NCBI GenBank assembly: GCA_044224355.1
Contig: JBGAKP010000002.1
Location: forward strand, 152,626-216,625
Origin: Pyrinomonadaceae bacterium
Lineage (GTDB): Bacteria; Acidobacteriota; Blastocatellia; Pyrinomonadales; Pyrinomonadaceae
DNA: 64,000 nucleotides
Direction: 5' to 3'
Numbering within the stretch: the first letter of the stretch is position 1; the number at the start of each line of letters is the position of its first letter. The notes under the pieces are model-generated. The model searched no databases. It saw only the letters and a program-made list of their open reading frames with translations, and had not been told where the DNA came from. Positions 45,295 to 54,018 of this stretch are shown here, in pieces. Made by a program: the position numbers and the translations under genes.

Positions 45295-47262
45295 TCAGTT
45301 GTCCTTTTTATGCTCGGTCTTGGTATTTCCCACCGACGGCTTTACTTCCGTTTTTGGCTCCGTCTTTCGAGGGATTTCAGTTCTTACCGTTGGCTCTGTT
45401 CGCCTGGTCGGCGCCGGCGTCTCTGATCTATTAGTGTCCAGACGTGGCCGCGGAGTTTCGTAACGCGGGGTCTCGCGCACCGTAGTATCTCTGCTCGGCG
45501 GCCTTATGACAGGCGTTCGCACACGTCCCGGATCCTCGCGAATAACATCTTCGTTTTTCGTGTTCTGACGTGTACCATCATTGATCCGTGTTGGCGGCAT
45601 GGGCCGCGGCGGACGTTCTACCGCACCCGTCCTGACCGTATTTCCCGGATTTTCGGTAATGCGGAGATCTTGGTCTTTACTGATCCCCGGTGTAACGGGC
45701 GGACGGCCGCCCAAGATCCGCGTCGTCCTTAATTCCCTGTCAAGAGGGCCGTTCGTGTCCCGCGGTGCCGCACCGGTCGATGGAAGAACCGCCGTCAGGC
45801 GTGGCTTATCCGCCGCAATGTCACGTCCTGCACCGCTTCGCACGTCACGGTAAACAGGCAGAATAGGAGCAGTTCGTCGATCGTCCGGGATCTGAGCCAA
45901 AACTCGTTCGGCGGTCGCTAACGGTGCTATCTTCAGCGAGCGGACGCGTCCGAATTGTTCGGTCGGCATCGAGACCACGCCGGTCGTAGGAACGATCTGT
46001 GTTGGCGGACGGACCCTAACGGCGGTGAGTCCGGAACGCGCGGTTTCGACGATCGGTGGAGGAGTAGGTGTGGGGTTGACCCCATGGCCGTTATTCCGGC
46101 CGCGGCCATTCCAACCGTGGTTGTAGTAATACGCGTTAAAATTGTAATAGGCGTAGTTATAGGGCAACGGATACCAGCAGACGTTGTTGTTAAGGATACT
46201 GATCACCACCAGGGCCGGCCTCCACCAGCTTCGGCTGTACCGCTGAGAACCGTAAGGGGACCAATACCAGTTTCCCGCATCGTAAAACCAGCGGCCGTGA
46301 TGGTAGGTTGCCCAGCCCCATGGTTCATCGTTCACCCACGTCCAACCGTAATCAGGCAGCCAACGCCATTGTCCATAGCGATACGGCGACCATCCGCTGT
46401 AAGCCGCAATTGCGGAACTATATGGACGCCAAACATAACCATAACCGTTGATGAAAACCCAATCGCCGTTTCCGTCCAGGTCATCGGCGCCATAGATGTC
46501 TCTGTCGTAATATTTGTCGTAATACGCATCTTTGAGCGATCGGGCGATCGTCTCATCGCGGTCGCTTGACCACCTGTCAAACTCGTCGGTAATGAGCGAG
46601 GCGTCACTCATTTGCCATTCGCCGGCGTTGCTGCCGCTGAGGAAAACCCGCGCACTCCGACCGTTTTTGAGGGTAAAGCCTGATGTGTCCGAATAGACCC
46701 GCGCTTCGCCGCTATCCGTCACCCGGATCTGAAGGTCCGAACTGCCCGGCGAACCGGCGTCGACGCGAAAACTGCCTTCATGCTCCACGGCTACTGTCGA
46801 ACCGGGGGCGTCTATCTCAAAATACGCACGGTCTTTGTTGAACTTGGTGATCCGAGCGTTCAATGCCCCCTGCGGCAGACTCAGCGCTATGCCTCCGTCA
46901 AAAAGCCTGGTAATTTTCAGATACCCATTTTCGTCGAGCCGGACGCGGTTGTAATTATCAAACTGGATCTCAACCCTTGAGTTTGCCGAGGTCGTGATCT
47001 CATCACCCTCTACGACCGGAAGATTGAGCGTGGCCTGTTCCCAATCATCGCTGTCCGCGCGCTTGATCTTAACCTCGCCCCGAAGAAAACTCATCCGGCC
47101 GACACGATCGGTCACATCCGGAACTTCATCATCACCGGCATATGATCCGGCATCCGACACTGACCGGCCGAGATATTCGAGCGGCTTCGCCGCCGCCGCA
47201 ACGGAGCCGGCCAGAACTACGAAAAGCCCGGCGGCGAACACTATTCCTCGCTTGATGCTCAT
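45295..47262 (-). CDS. FecR-domain plus DUF6600-like W/Y-rich domain protein with Pro/Thr/Arg-rich tail
   Basis: Signal/TM. FecR-like block FLRGEVKIKRADSDDWEQATLNLPVVEGDEITTSANSRVEIQFD. W-rich block YVWRPY...WSPYRYGQWRWLPDYGWTWVNDEPWGWATYHHGRW. Low-complexity C-terminal ~250 aa. Confidence 0.7.
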   Translation of the reverse strand: MSIKRGIVFAAGLFVVLAGSVAAAAKPLEYLGRSVSDAGSYAGDDEVPDVTDRVGRMSFLRGEVKIKRADSDDWEQATLNLPVVEGDEITTSANSRVEIQFDNYNRVRLDENGYLKITRLFDGGIALSLPQGALNARITKFNKDRAYFEIDAPGSTVAVEHEGSFRVDAGSPGSSDLQIRVTDSGEARVYSDTSGFTLKNGRSARVFLSGSNAGEWQMSDASLITDEFDRWSSDRDETIARSLKDAYYDKYYDRDIYGADDLDGNGDWVFINGYGYVWRPYSSAIAAYSGWSPYRYGQWRWLPDYGWTWVNDEPWGWATYHHGRWFYDAGNWYWSPYGSQRYSRSWWRPALVVISILNNNVCWYPLPYNYAYYNFNAYYYNHGWNGRGRNNGHGVNPTPTPPPIVETARSGLTAVRVRPPTQIVPTTGVVSMPTEQFGRVRSLKIAPLATAERVLAQIPDDRRTAPILPVYRDVRSGAGRDIAADKPRLTAVLPSTGAAPRDTNGPLDRELRTTRILGGRPPVTPGISKDQDLRITENPGNTVRTGAVERPPRPMPPTRINDGTRQNTKNEDVIREDPGRVRTPVIRPPSRDTTVRETPRYETPRPRLDTNRSETPAPTRRTEPTVRTEIPRKTEPKTEVKPSVGNTKTEHKKDN

Positions 47263-47536
47263 ATTTATCCCCTCGACGGAGGCCGATCGGTTCGGTTCTT
47301 TTGATTTGTGATCGATTCGGACCGTCTGACCGTGAATTACGCAAATAACGTACCAATTAAGCGGCTTGCCGAAGATCGCAGGTTTTATGGGATAACAAAA
47401 CGGAAATTACCGGCGGCGGCTTCCATATCGTGTAAACGAGAACCGGGCCAACCGATATAGTGCAGAGCGAATGACCCGGACTTGTAGTACGCTGTGCGTG
47501 GTAATAAACTTTTTCTGGAGTCGAAAATATTGAATT

Positions 47537-48055
47537 ATGAAAGCAAAATATATTGCCTTTGCCTGCGTACTTGTATCAGCCCTGGTTCTATCAGTATCCG
47601 GTCAAAAGCCTGCTGCGGCGAAATCGGATCCTTCAAAGGCCGTTCATGACGCCTTTGACCGGCTTGTCGAAGGGATAAAGCAGGTCGATGCGGAAAAAGT
47701 AATGAGCGTTTACGACAAAAGCCCGCGACTGCTCATTTTTAATAATAATGGGACAGCTACGATCGGCTGGAACAATGTAAACGCCAACGTCGAAGCCACG
47801 TACCCTAAGTTGACGAATGTTTCGCTTGAGATCACCGGCCTGCGGATCGAGATGCTCGGCCGCACCGCCGCCTACGTCAGCTGCAAATGGAAACAATCTC
47901 AGGAAAATGACCATAAGCTCGAAACCGCGTCGGGCCGCATGACGCTAATCTTCAAGCTGATCGGTAAAGACTGGAAGATCGTCCATCGCCATACCTCGCC
48001 TGATAATCCGGGGCCGGACAGGCCGGTATTCCCTTCTGAAAGAACGGGAATGTAA
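47537..48055 (+). CDS. NTF2-like (SnoaL/DUF4440-type) secreted protein
   Basis: 172 aa with a signal peptide. Pattern AFDRLVEGIKQVDAEKVMSVYD...GRMTLIFKLIGKDWKIVHRHTS is typical of DUF4440. Confidence 0.7.
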   Translation: MKAKYIAFACVLVSALVLSVSGQKPAAAKSDPSKAVHDAFDRLVEGIKQVDAEKVMSVYDKSPRLLIFNNNGTATIGWNNVNANVEATYPKLTNVSLEITGLRIEMLGRTAAYVSCKWKQSQENDHKLETASGRMTLIFKLIGKDWKIVHRHTSPDNPGPDRPVFPSERTGM

Positions 48056-48078
48056 TTTGAGCAAACTGCATCAAGCCG

Positions 48079-48115
48079 AAAAAGCCGCCCGCAAATTCAT
48101 GCGGACGGCTTTTTC
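48079..48115. terminator. Bidirectional rho-independent terminator between convergent genes
   Basis: AAAAA (48079-48083), stem gccgcccgca (48084-48093) / tgcggacggc (48100-48109) with one mismatch, 6-nt loop, then TTTTT (48110-48114). Confidence 0.7.
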
Positions 48116-48142
48116 ACTTTCTTTAAGGGTGCGAAATTGAGG

Positions 48143-49957
48143 TTAGACGGTCGCTCCCGGATATCTCGGCCCAAGGCGAGAGACATCACCCTCAGCCAAG
48201 GCGTTTACAAGTTCATAATGGAAATAATCGAACTTTGACGATACAGGCGTCTGAACCCTCTTATCGTACATCTCACGCGAGCGGTCTATCGCTTCGCGCA
48301 GCCGTTCATACAGATCGTTATTCTCACGGCCTTCCTGGACCTTTTTCTCGTTATAGAGTTTGATCTCGGAAACGAGTAGCCTCGCAAAACGCCGTGCATC
48401 GTTATGCAGCCTGCGTTCGTCCTCAGCGACCTCGATCGGGAGATCCACTTGCCTATCGCTGAGACGGCTGCCTGACGGTCTTGCTGCCACCGCCTCAACA
48501 ACCGGAGTTGCAGGTATGGCCGTAGGGAATGTTGTAGTTTGAATTTGCTCCGCCACATGGCCGAATGGCGACTGTTCAGATCGGATCGGATCGATCGGCG
48601 GTTGCGGCGGTTCAAAAACTATCGCTGACTCCGTGATCGGGACAGGTTCTACCGGCAATTCAGGTATTGCCGAAGCGTCGAACGCTTTCAATTCCTCTGT
48701 GAGCTTCGAATCGTCTATCGGCGGTGCCGTCTCCGCAACGTGATCGACAACGGCGGGCGTCATTTCGAAATCCGCGGTCGTCGGGAAGGCTCCGGCCTCG
48801 ACAGCCGGCGGCGGCGGTTCAAAAGCGGCCTCGTTTGAAAATTGAGGCGGCCATGCCGGAACTGCGGGTTCCTCAAAAGTATGTACCGGAGGCGTATCTA
48901 CATTTGATACGTGATCAAATTCATTCGCAGGTGAATCCGCAATTGCGTGTCCAAAATCCCGCGTCGCTTCGACCGGTTCGGGTGTGACCGGTTCGGGTGC
49001 CGGCACAGTGAACGGTGTCGAAAACGTCTGCGGAATAGGCGATTCCTGCTGCGGTGCTTGTTGAAACGGAGAAGCCTGGAAAGTTTGAGGCTCTTCGACG
49101 TGTTCGACCGTTTGTTCCGAAAGCTCAGCCGAATAGGGCTCATGCTCGCCGGAATGGTCCGTACGCGCCGCTGCCAATACCTCGACAGTAAGTCCCGCAA
49201 CCTTTACCAGCATTTCAAGTGCGTCCGTATTTACATCGACGCCCTCGCGGCCATAGTCGGCGTAAAGTACGGCAACACCGCGTCCACGGGCAACAAGCGG
49301 GATAGCGTATGTTCGGTCGGGCCGTCCAAAATGAAGCGGGTCAAGGAACAAGTGGTCATCCGCGTAAGCGCCGAATGACCCTTCAACGGTCGAACGGCCT
49401 TCGACCGCCTTACCTAATATCGAATCATCCGTGACCGGAAAGTGAATGTCGCGGACGGCGGCTTCACTTTCACCGGACTCTCTGCCAAACACCTTCCAAC
49501 CAACAAATTGCGAGTTCTTTACAATAAAAAATGCGCCCCGCGGCGTAAAAGCGGCGGCGTGTTGAATAAGTGCCTTCAAGATCGCGGACTGCGAATCCTT
49601 GCTGCTAATATCGTCGATCGCCGCTTTAATATCGCCGAGGCTTCTGTCAGGTACCGCAGCCTTGTCGAGTTCAGCCGCTTCGGCAAATGCCGTAGCCGAC
49701 ACTGTCGCACCTTCATCGCGGGCAAGCCGCAGATGTTCGATCACGGACTCAGTGAACCCTCCGTCAAATCCCGGCGGTTTTTCGAAACGTGTTGAAAAAC
49801 CTTGAAATGCAGCATCCAACTGTGTGCGATGCTTCTCCATTTCGGCTTCTATCTTGGCTTGTAGTTCGGCAACATCCCCGCGCATTTCGGCAAGGAGCCC
49901 ATTTAAATAATTCTCGAATTCGGCTTTTAGGCTCTGTTCGAGTTCTTCGCTGTTCAC
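48143..49957 (-). CDS. Hypothetical protein: coiled coil + GAF-like domain + Pro/Glu/Thr-rich linker + conserved-looking helical C-terminal module
   Basis: Start re-set to GTG 49957, with SD GGAGGAA (49966-49972) 8 nt upstream. GAF-like block AFFIVKNSQFVGWKVFG...YAIPLVARGRGVAVLYADYG. C-terminus NDARRFARLLVSEIKLYNEKKV. Confidence 0.65.
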   Translation of the reverse strand: MNSEELEQSLKAEFENYLNGLLAEMRGDVAELQAKIEAEMEKHRTQLDAAFQGFSTRFEKPPGFDGGFTESVIEHLRLARDEGATVSATAFAEAAELDKAAVPDRSLGDIKAAIDDISSKDSQSAILKALIQHAAAFTPRGAFFIVKNSQFVGWKVFGRESGESEAAVRDIHFPVTDDSILGKAVEGRSTVEGSFGAYADDHLFLDPLHFGRPDRTYAIPLVARGRGVAVLYADYGREGVDVNTDALEMLVKVAGLTVEVLAAARTDHSGEHEPYSAELSEQTVEHVEEPQTFQASPFQQAPQQESPIPQTFSTPFTVPAPEPVTPEPVEATRDFGHAIADSPANEFDHVSNVDTPPVHTFEEPAVPAWPPQFSNEAAFEPPPPAVEAGAFPTTADFEMTPAVVDHVAETAPPIDDSKLTEELKAFDASAIPELPVEPVPITESAIVFEPPQPPIDPIRSEQSPFGHVAEQIQTTTFPTAIPATPVVEAVAARPSGSRLSDRQVDLPIEVAEDERRLHNDARRFARLLVSEIKLYNEKKVQEGRENNDLYERLREAIDRSREMYDKRVQTPVSSKFDYFHYELVNALAEGDVSRLGPRYPGATV

Positions 49958-50164
49958 TGCGGTCTTTCCTCCATTAGAAAAAAACGAAAAAGTCGCGTTA
50001 GGAAATGGCTGGTCGATTTGTATTGAAAAAAGGCAATTAGTGGACGGGACGACGATCGGCACAAATCGCCACCTCTCGAATTATCCACAATTCGATCAAG
50101 GGAAGTCAAGAATTTCTTTCGTATCAACAAAATAAGCGGAAAATGGGGCAGGTCGGCAATGTAA

Positions 50165-50731
50165 TTAAGTGGCCAAAACCCGAATGTCGGGATCGATCTC
50201 CTCCTGGATCATATTTTCAATTGCCATAAGCGTTCCGGTGAGCGAACTTGGGCAGCTTCCGCAAGCGCCTTCGTAGCGAATTGACAGTATTTTATCTTCC
50301 AATCCGACGACCTCGAGCCAGCCGCCATCACCCGCCAGATATGGCCGGATCCGTTCATCGAGCAGGGCATTGATCTCCCGAAGTTCCTGATCGTCGCCTA
50401 CAGCGGCAGCTATCGCACCGCCGACCGCCGAGGCTGCGGCGGAATGTCCGTTTCGGCTTGCAACCGGCTCGGCTGCCCTGATCGGAACAGCAAGCTCAGG
50501 CAGTATCTCGTCCCATTCGGCCTCGTCCGTCTTTTCGACGGTGACCATCTTGTCCATGTAGAACACTGAGACGACCTCTCCGACATCAAAGATCGAACGT
50601 GCAAAGGCGTTTTCCACCGCGTCGGCCGCAGATTTGAAGGAATGCGAAGTTCCGTGTGACACCGGTTCACGCAATATGAACTTGACGGCGTTAGGATTCG
50701 GGGTTTCCTGAATGTCAGCGATCTTCGGCAT
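50165..50731 (-). CDS. Nfu-type Fe-S cluster scaffold/carrier (Nfu_N + NifU C-terminal domain)
   Basis: N-terminal TPNPNAVKF (Nfu_N). C-terminal [15 protein letters not shown]...CGSCPSS CxxC motif. Confidence 0.9.
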   Translation of the reverse strand: MPKIADIQETPNPNAVKFILREPVSHGTSHSFKSAADAVENAFARSIFDVGEVVSVFYMDKMVTVEKTDEAEWDEILPELAVPIRAAEPVASRNGHSAAASAVGGAIAAAVGDDQELREINALLDERIRPYLAGDGGWLEVVGLEDKILSIRYEGACGSCPSSLTGTLMAIENMIQEEIDPDIRVLAT

Positions 50732-51148
50732 CAGAAGTAGATATCGGCCTTTCCATTCTAGAATCCTAAATCCTTACATTTTTGTCAACATTTGAAACGG
50801 TTAGCCCCAAATTGAGGTTGAAAATACCATTTGTGCCTTACTGCGGTTAAATTTGCGGAAGCGGGACTTCCGAAGACAAATTCTGCAAGTGTGTTCGCCC
50901 TGTCTCGCGCCCTTGATACAGTCAGGCTTCTTTTCTTCCGTTACAAAATAGTGACTGCGCCGCGATCGACCTCCATAATGAAGGGCAGATCACACAAACA
51001 GTTCGATTTGATCGCCAAAAATAGAATATTACAAAGAAAAGCCCAAGTGCCGTTCGACACAGAAAACCATTGGCACGCGTGCCCAAACACAACCCTTTTC
51101 GGGCAATTTATGGGCTCGGCCAACCAATTTGCGGAAAAATGGAGCTCG

Positions 51149-51358
51149 CTATTCTGTTATATGAATATCCTCGGTCTTGTTGATGCGTCCGGACAGAAAC
51201 ATCGCTCCGAGTCCAATACCCAATAACGCAAAAATTATCGCCGCGGCAATGTAAACCTTGTTGTCGCTGACTTGGGTAAAATAGTAGAAAGAAACTCCTG
51301 CGATCACGAAACTGACTACGGCCAAAAGGCCGTTTACCATACCTTTCACAGAGATCAC
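51149..51358 (-). CDS. Small 2-TM membrane protein (hypothetical)
   Basis: 69-aa ORF with two hydrophobic helices (LLAVVSFVIAGVSFYYF, IAAAIIFALLGIGLGAMFL). SD GGAGG at 51359-51363. The most plausible start is GTG 51349 or ATG 51340. Confidence 0.45.
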   Translation of the reverse strand: MISVKGMVNGLLAVVSFVIAGVSFYYFTQVSDNKVYIAAAIIFALLGIGLGAMFLSGRINKTEDIHITE

Positions 51359-51565
51359 CTCCGAGGCCGAAAACCAAGAAGGACCGCCCTGAAGTCAACA
51401 AAACTTCATGTCCATACCAAATATCAAAGAATCCGGCCTAATTGAAATACCCGACCGACTATCAAACGGCTTAAGTTGAAATTCACCCACATCTTAACTC
51501 GACCCGTATAGCAAAGGCAAGCGTTTTCGCTAAACCGTGTCACTCCGCCATCAAGGGCATTTCGC

Positions 51566-52414
51566 CTAATTCCTCCGAACCGACAAAGCGATCCGTGGAA
51601 TGCCTTGCTGGTCGTCGATGAATTCTGGCTCCAGCCAGATAACCGGGTCATACACTGTTTTGACGCTTTCCATTTGCCCAAAGCCGATTTCGACCAACAA
51701 AAAACCGTTTGGAAGGAGAAAATGCCCCGCGCCGGTTATTATCCGCTCGATGATCGACAGCCCGTTTCCACCATCGGTTAATGCAATATGCGGCTCATAG
51801 AGCCGAACTTCAGGCTGGAGACCTCCGATATCATCAGACTCAACATAAGGCGGATTGGTTACGATCGCATCAAATCGTTGGCCGCCAAAAGCCGAATAAA
51901 TATCGGCGACGATCAGATCGACGCGCCGCTCGACGCCATGAGCCTCGGCATTGCTGCGGGCGACAGCCAATGCGGCGGAAGAAATATCAACCCCGACCGC
52001 GGTTGCCGCGGGAATATGTTTCAGGATCGTGTGGGTGATGCATCCCGAACCGATACCGATCTCCAGAAATCGCGGCGAGCTCAAAGTTGAGAGGCGTTCG
52101 ATCGCCGCTTCGACGAGTATTTCGGTCTCGGGGCGAGGTATCAGAACATTGTGGTCCACCGCAAACTCGAGTCCGTAGAAATCCTGCTTCCCAACTATGT
52201 ACTGAAAGGGTTCGCGTCGTGACCGGCGTGAAATGGCGTCAGAGTAAAGACGGCTCTCGTCATTGGTCAATACATACTCGGGATGCGCGAATAAAAACGT
52301 CCGGTCGCGCTTAATGGCAAATGCAAGCAGGGACGAGGCCTCGTGTCGAGGCCGGTCTATACCGCTCAACTCTAATTCTTCGCCGGCCGTTCGCAGTGCG
52401 GCTGTGACATTCAT
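51566..52414 (-). CDS. prmC: Peptide chain release factor N5-glutamine methyltransferase
   Basis: SAM block LEIGIGSGC and substrate motif IVTNPPYV. 282 aa. Confidence 0.9.
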   Translation of the reverse strand: MNVTAALRTAGEELELSGIDRPRHEASSLLAFAIKRDRTFLFAHPEYVLTNDESRLYSDAISRRSRREPFQYIVGKQDFYGLEFAVDHNVLIPRPETEILVEAAIERLSTLSSPRFLEIGIGSGCITHTILKHIPAATAVGVDISSAALAVARSNAEAHGVERRVDLIVADIYSAFGGQRFDAIVTNPPYVESDDIGGLQPEVRLYEPHIALTDGGNGLSIIERIITGAGHFLLPNGFLLVEIGFGQMESVKTVYDPVIWLEPEFIDDQQGIPRIALSVRRN

Positions 52415-53973
52415 TTTTCCCCGTCACCTCGGAGCATCGCCGGCAGCGTTTGTAGAATGATCTTGAGATCCAGCAGCAGAGACCAATGTTCGATATAGAA
52501 CAGATCGACGCGTACCATCTCTTCGAAGGTCAAGCGATTTCGTCCTGAAACCTGCCAGAGGCCTGTAATGCCCGGCTTCATATCGAGCCGCTTGCGATGC
52601 CGCAGTGCGTATTCTTCCACCTCGTAAGGGATCGGCGGTCGCGGCCCAACGATGCTCATTTCACCTCGAAAAACATTCAGCATCTGCGGCAGTTCGTCGA
52701 TGCTTGCCCGTCTTAACCATCTCCCAACCCGCGTAATACGCGGATCGTTTCGCACCTTTCCGTAAACCGGTTCGTCCGCGTCTCCGGCGTTGGCGGCATC
52801 ATCGCCGCTGATATTCTTTGTGTACGCATCATGGTGGATCTTTTCGTCCGCTCCCATGTACATCGTTCGAAACTTATAGCAAAGAAAGACACGCCCATCC
52901 ATGCCGACACGCTCCTGCTTAAATAGCACGGTCCCGCCAGTATCGAGCTTGATAAGGATCATCGCCGCCAACCAGATCGGAATTGTTATAAGCATTGCTG
53001 CGAGGGCGAGAACGAGATCTGAAAGGCGTTTTACAAAACGCTGAGCGTCGCTCAAAGGCTCGCGGAAAAGGCGGACCATCGGAAGTACGCCTATCTGATC
53101 GACACTCGTCTTCTGCGGAAGCACGTTGAACAGGCTTGGAGCGAACCGAAATTCCACCCGCTGGCGTCGGCCAAGCTGCATCATCGCTTCGAAAAGCTTT
53201 TCGCTCTCGATACCGTTATCCGTGATAATGACCTCTTTTATGTCGTATTTCCGTATGTTGTCGGCCAGATCATCGACCGATCCCAATACGCGAACCAGCC
53301 CGTGGCCGCCAAAAGTCAGAGAACTGTCATTCGTCTCGCCGGCAGGCCGAATGACGCCGATCACACGATAACCAAGATAGGTGCGGCGGGTCAGTTCGGC
53401 TATCGTTTGTGCTGCCTCGGCGTCGTTACCGACAACGAGCGTTGGGATGAGATTGATACCGCGTTCACGAAAATGCGTTTGGATAAATCTTAATAGAATA
53501 TGAAAGATGCTGATCGCGGCCAGGGAAAACGCAAAATCGAATAAAAAGACGCCGCGCGAATATGAAAATTCCCGAAAAGAGAATCCGCCCCGAAACAAGA
53601 ATGCCCATGCTACCGTTAGAAGCGAACTCACCAGTACGGCCTTGAATATCTTGAACGTCTCTCTTGTGTACGAGAATGCTCCGTAGAAGCGATAAAGACG
53701 CTGATAAAGCATCATCGCAAGGCGTACAGGAACCGCAAAAACAAATACGCCCACGTAGGGCACGAATTCGCGTGACCATTCGAAGCTGGTCGCCGTAAAT
53801 ATCGTCGCGTCTTGACGCAGCTTGAACGCGGCAAGAAACGAACCGGCGGCAATTAGGCCATCAATGACGAAAACCGCCACAGTGATGGCCGGCATGACCC
53901 AATTCGGGACCCTGTTTACAGGCAGTTCAGGTTCAGTTTTCTTGATGATCGACTTTTCGGCTTTCACGGTCAT
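52411..53973 (-). CDS. Exopolysaccharide polyprenyl-phosphate glycosyl-1-phosphate transferase (WbaP/bacterial sugar transferase family)
   Basis: Four to five N-terminal TM helices, a central Rossmann-like domain ([10 protein letters not shown]), and the C-terminal catalytic domain with DELPQ..NV..GEMS.VGPRP and [12 protein letters not shown]. Confidence 0.9.
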   Translation of the reverse strand: MTVKAEKSIIKKTEPELPVNRVPNWVMPAITVAVFVIDGLIAAGSFLAAFKLRQDATIFTATSFEWSREFVPYVGVFVFAVPVRLAMMLYQRLYRFYGAFSYTRETFKIFKAVLVSSLLTVAWAFLFRGGFSFREFSYSRGVFLFDFAFSLAAISIFHILLRFIQTHFRERGINLIPTLVVGNDAEAAQTIAELTRRTYLGYRVIGVIRPAGETNDSSLTFGGHGLVRVLGSVDDLADNIRKYDIKEVIITDNGIESEKLFEAMMQLGRRQRVEFRFAPSLFNVLPQKTSVDQIGVLPMVRLFREPLSDAQRFVKRLSDLVLALAAMLITIPIWLAAMILIKLDTGGTVLFKQERVGMDGRVFLCYKFRTMYMGADEKIHHDAYTKNISGDDAANAGDADEPVYGKVRNDPRITRVGRWLRRASIDELPQMLNVFRGEMSIVGPRPPIPYEVEEYALRHRKRLDMKPGITGLWQVSGRNRLTFEEMVRVDLFYIEHWSLLLDLKIILQTLPAMLRGDGEK

Positions 53974-54018
53974 TAAGCTGTAAAGAATAATAATATCCGT
54001 TTTGAATATCGCGAAGGG

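Noticed and set aside
50831-51226. 131-aa plus-strand ORF in the nfu upstream gap
   Set aside because: It has an unusual start context and no SD. Its composition looks like translated non-coding DNA. Its 3' end overlaps the more plausible small 2-TM gene on the other strand.
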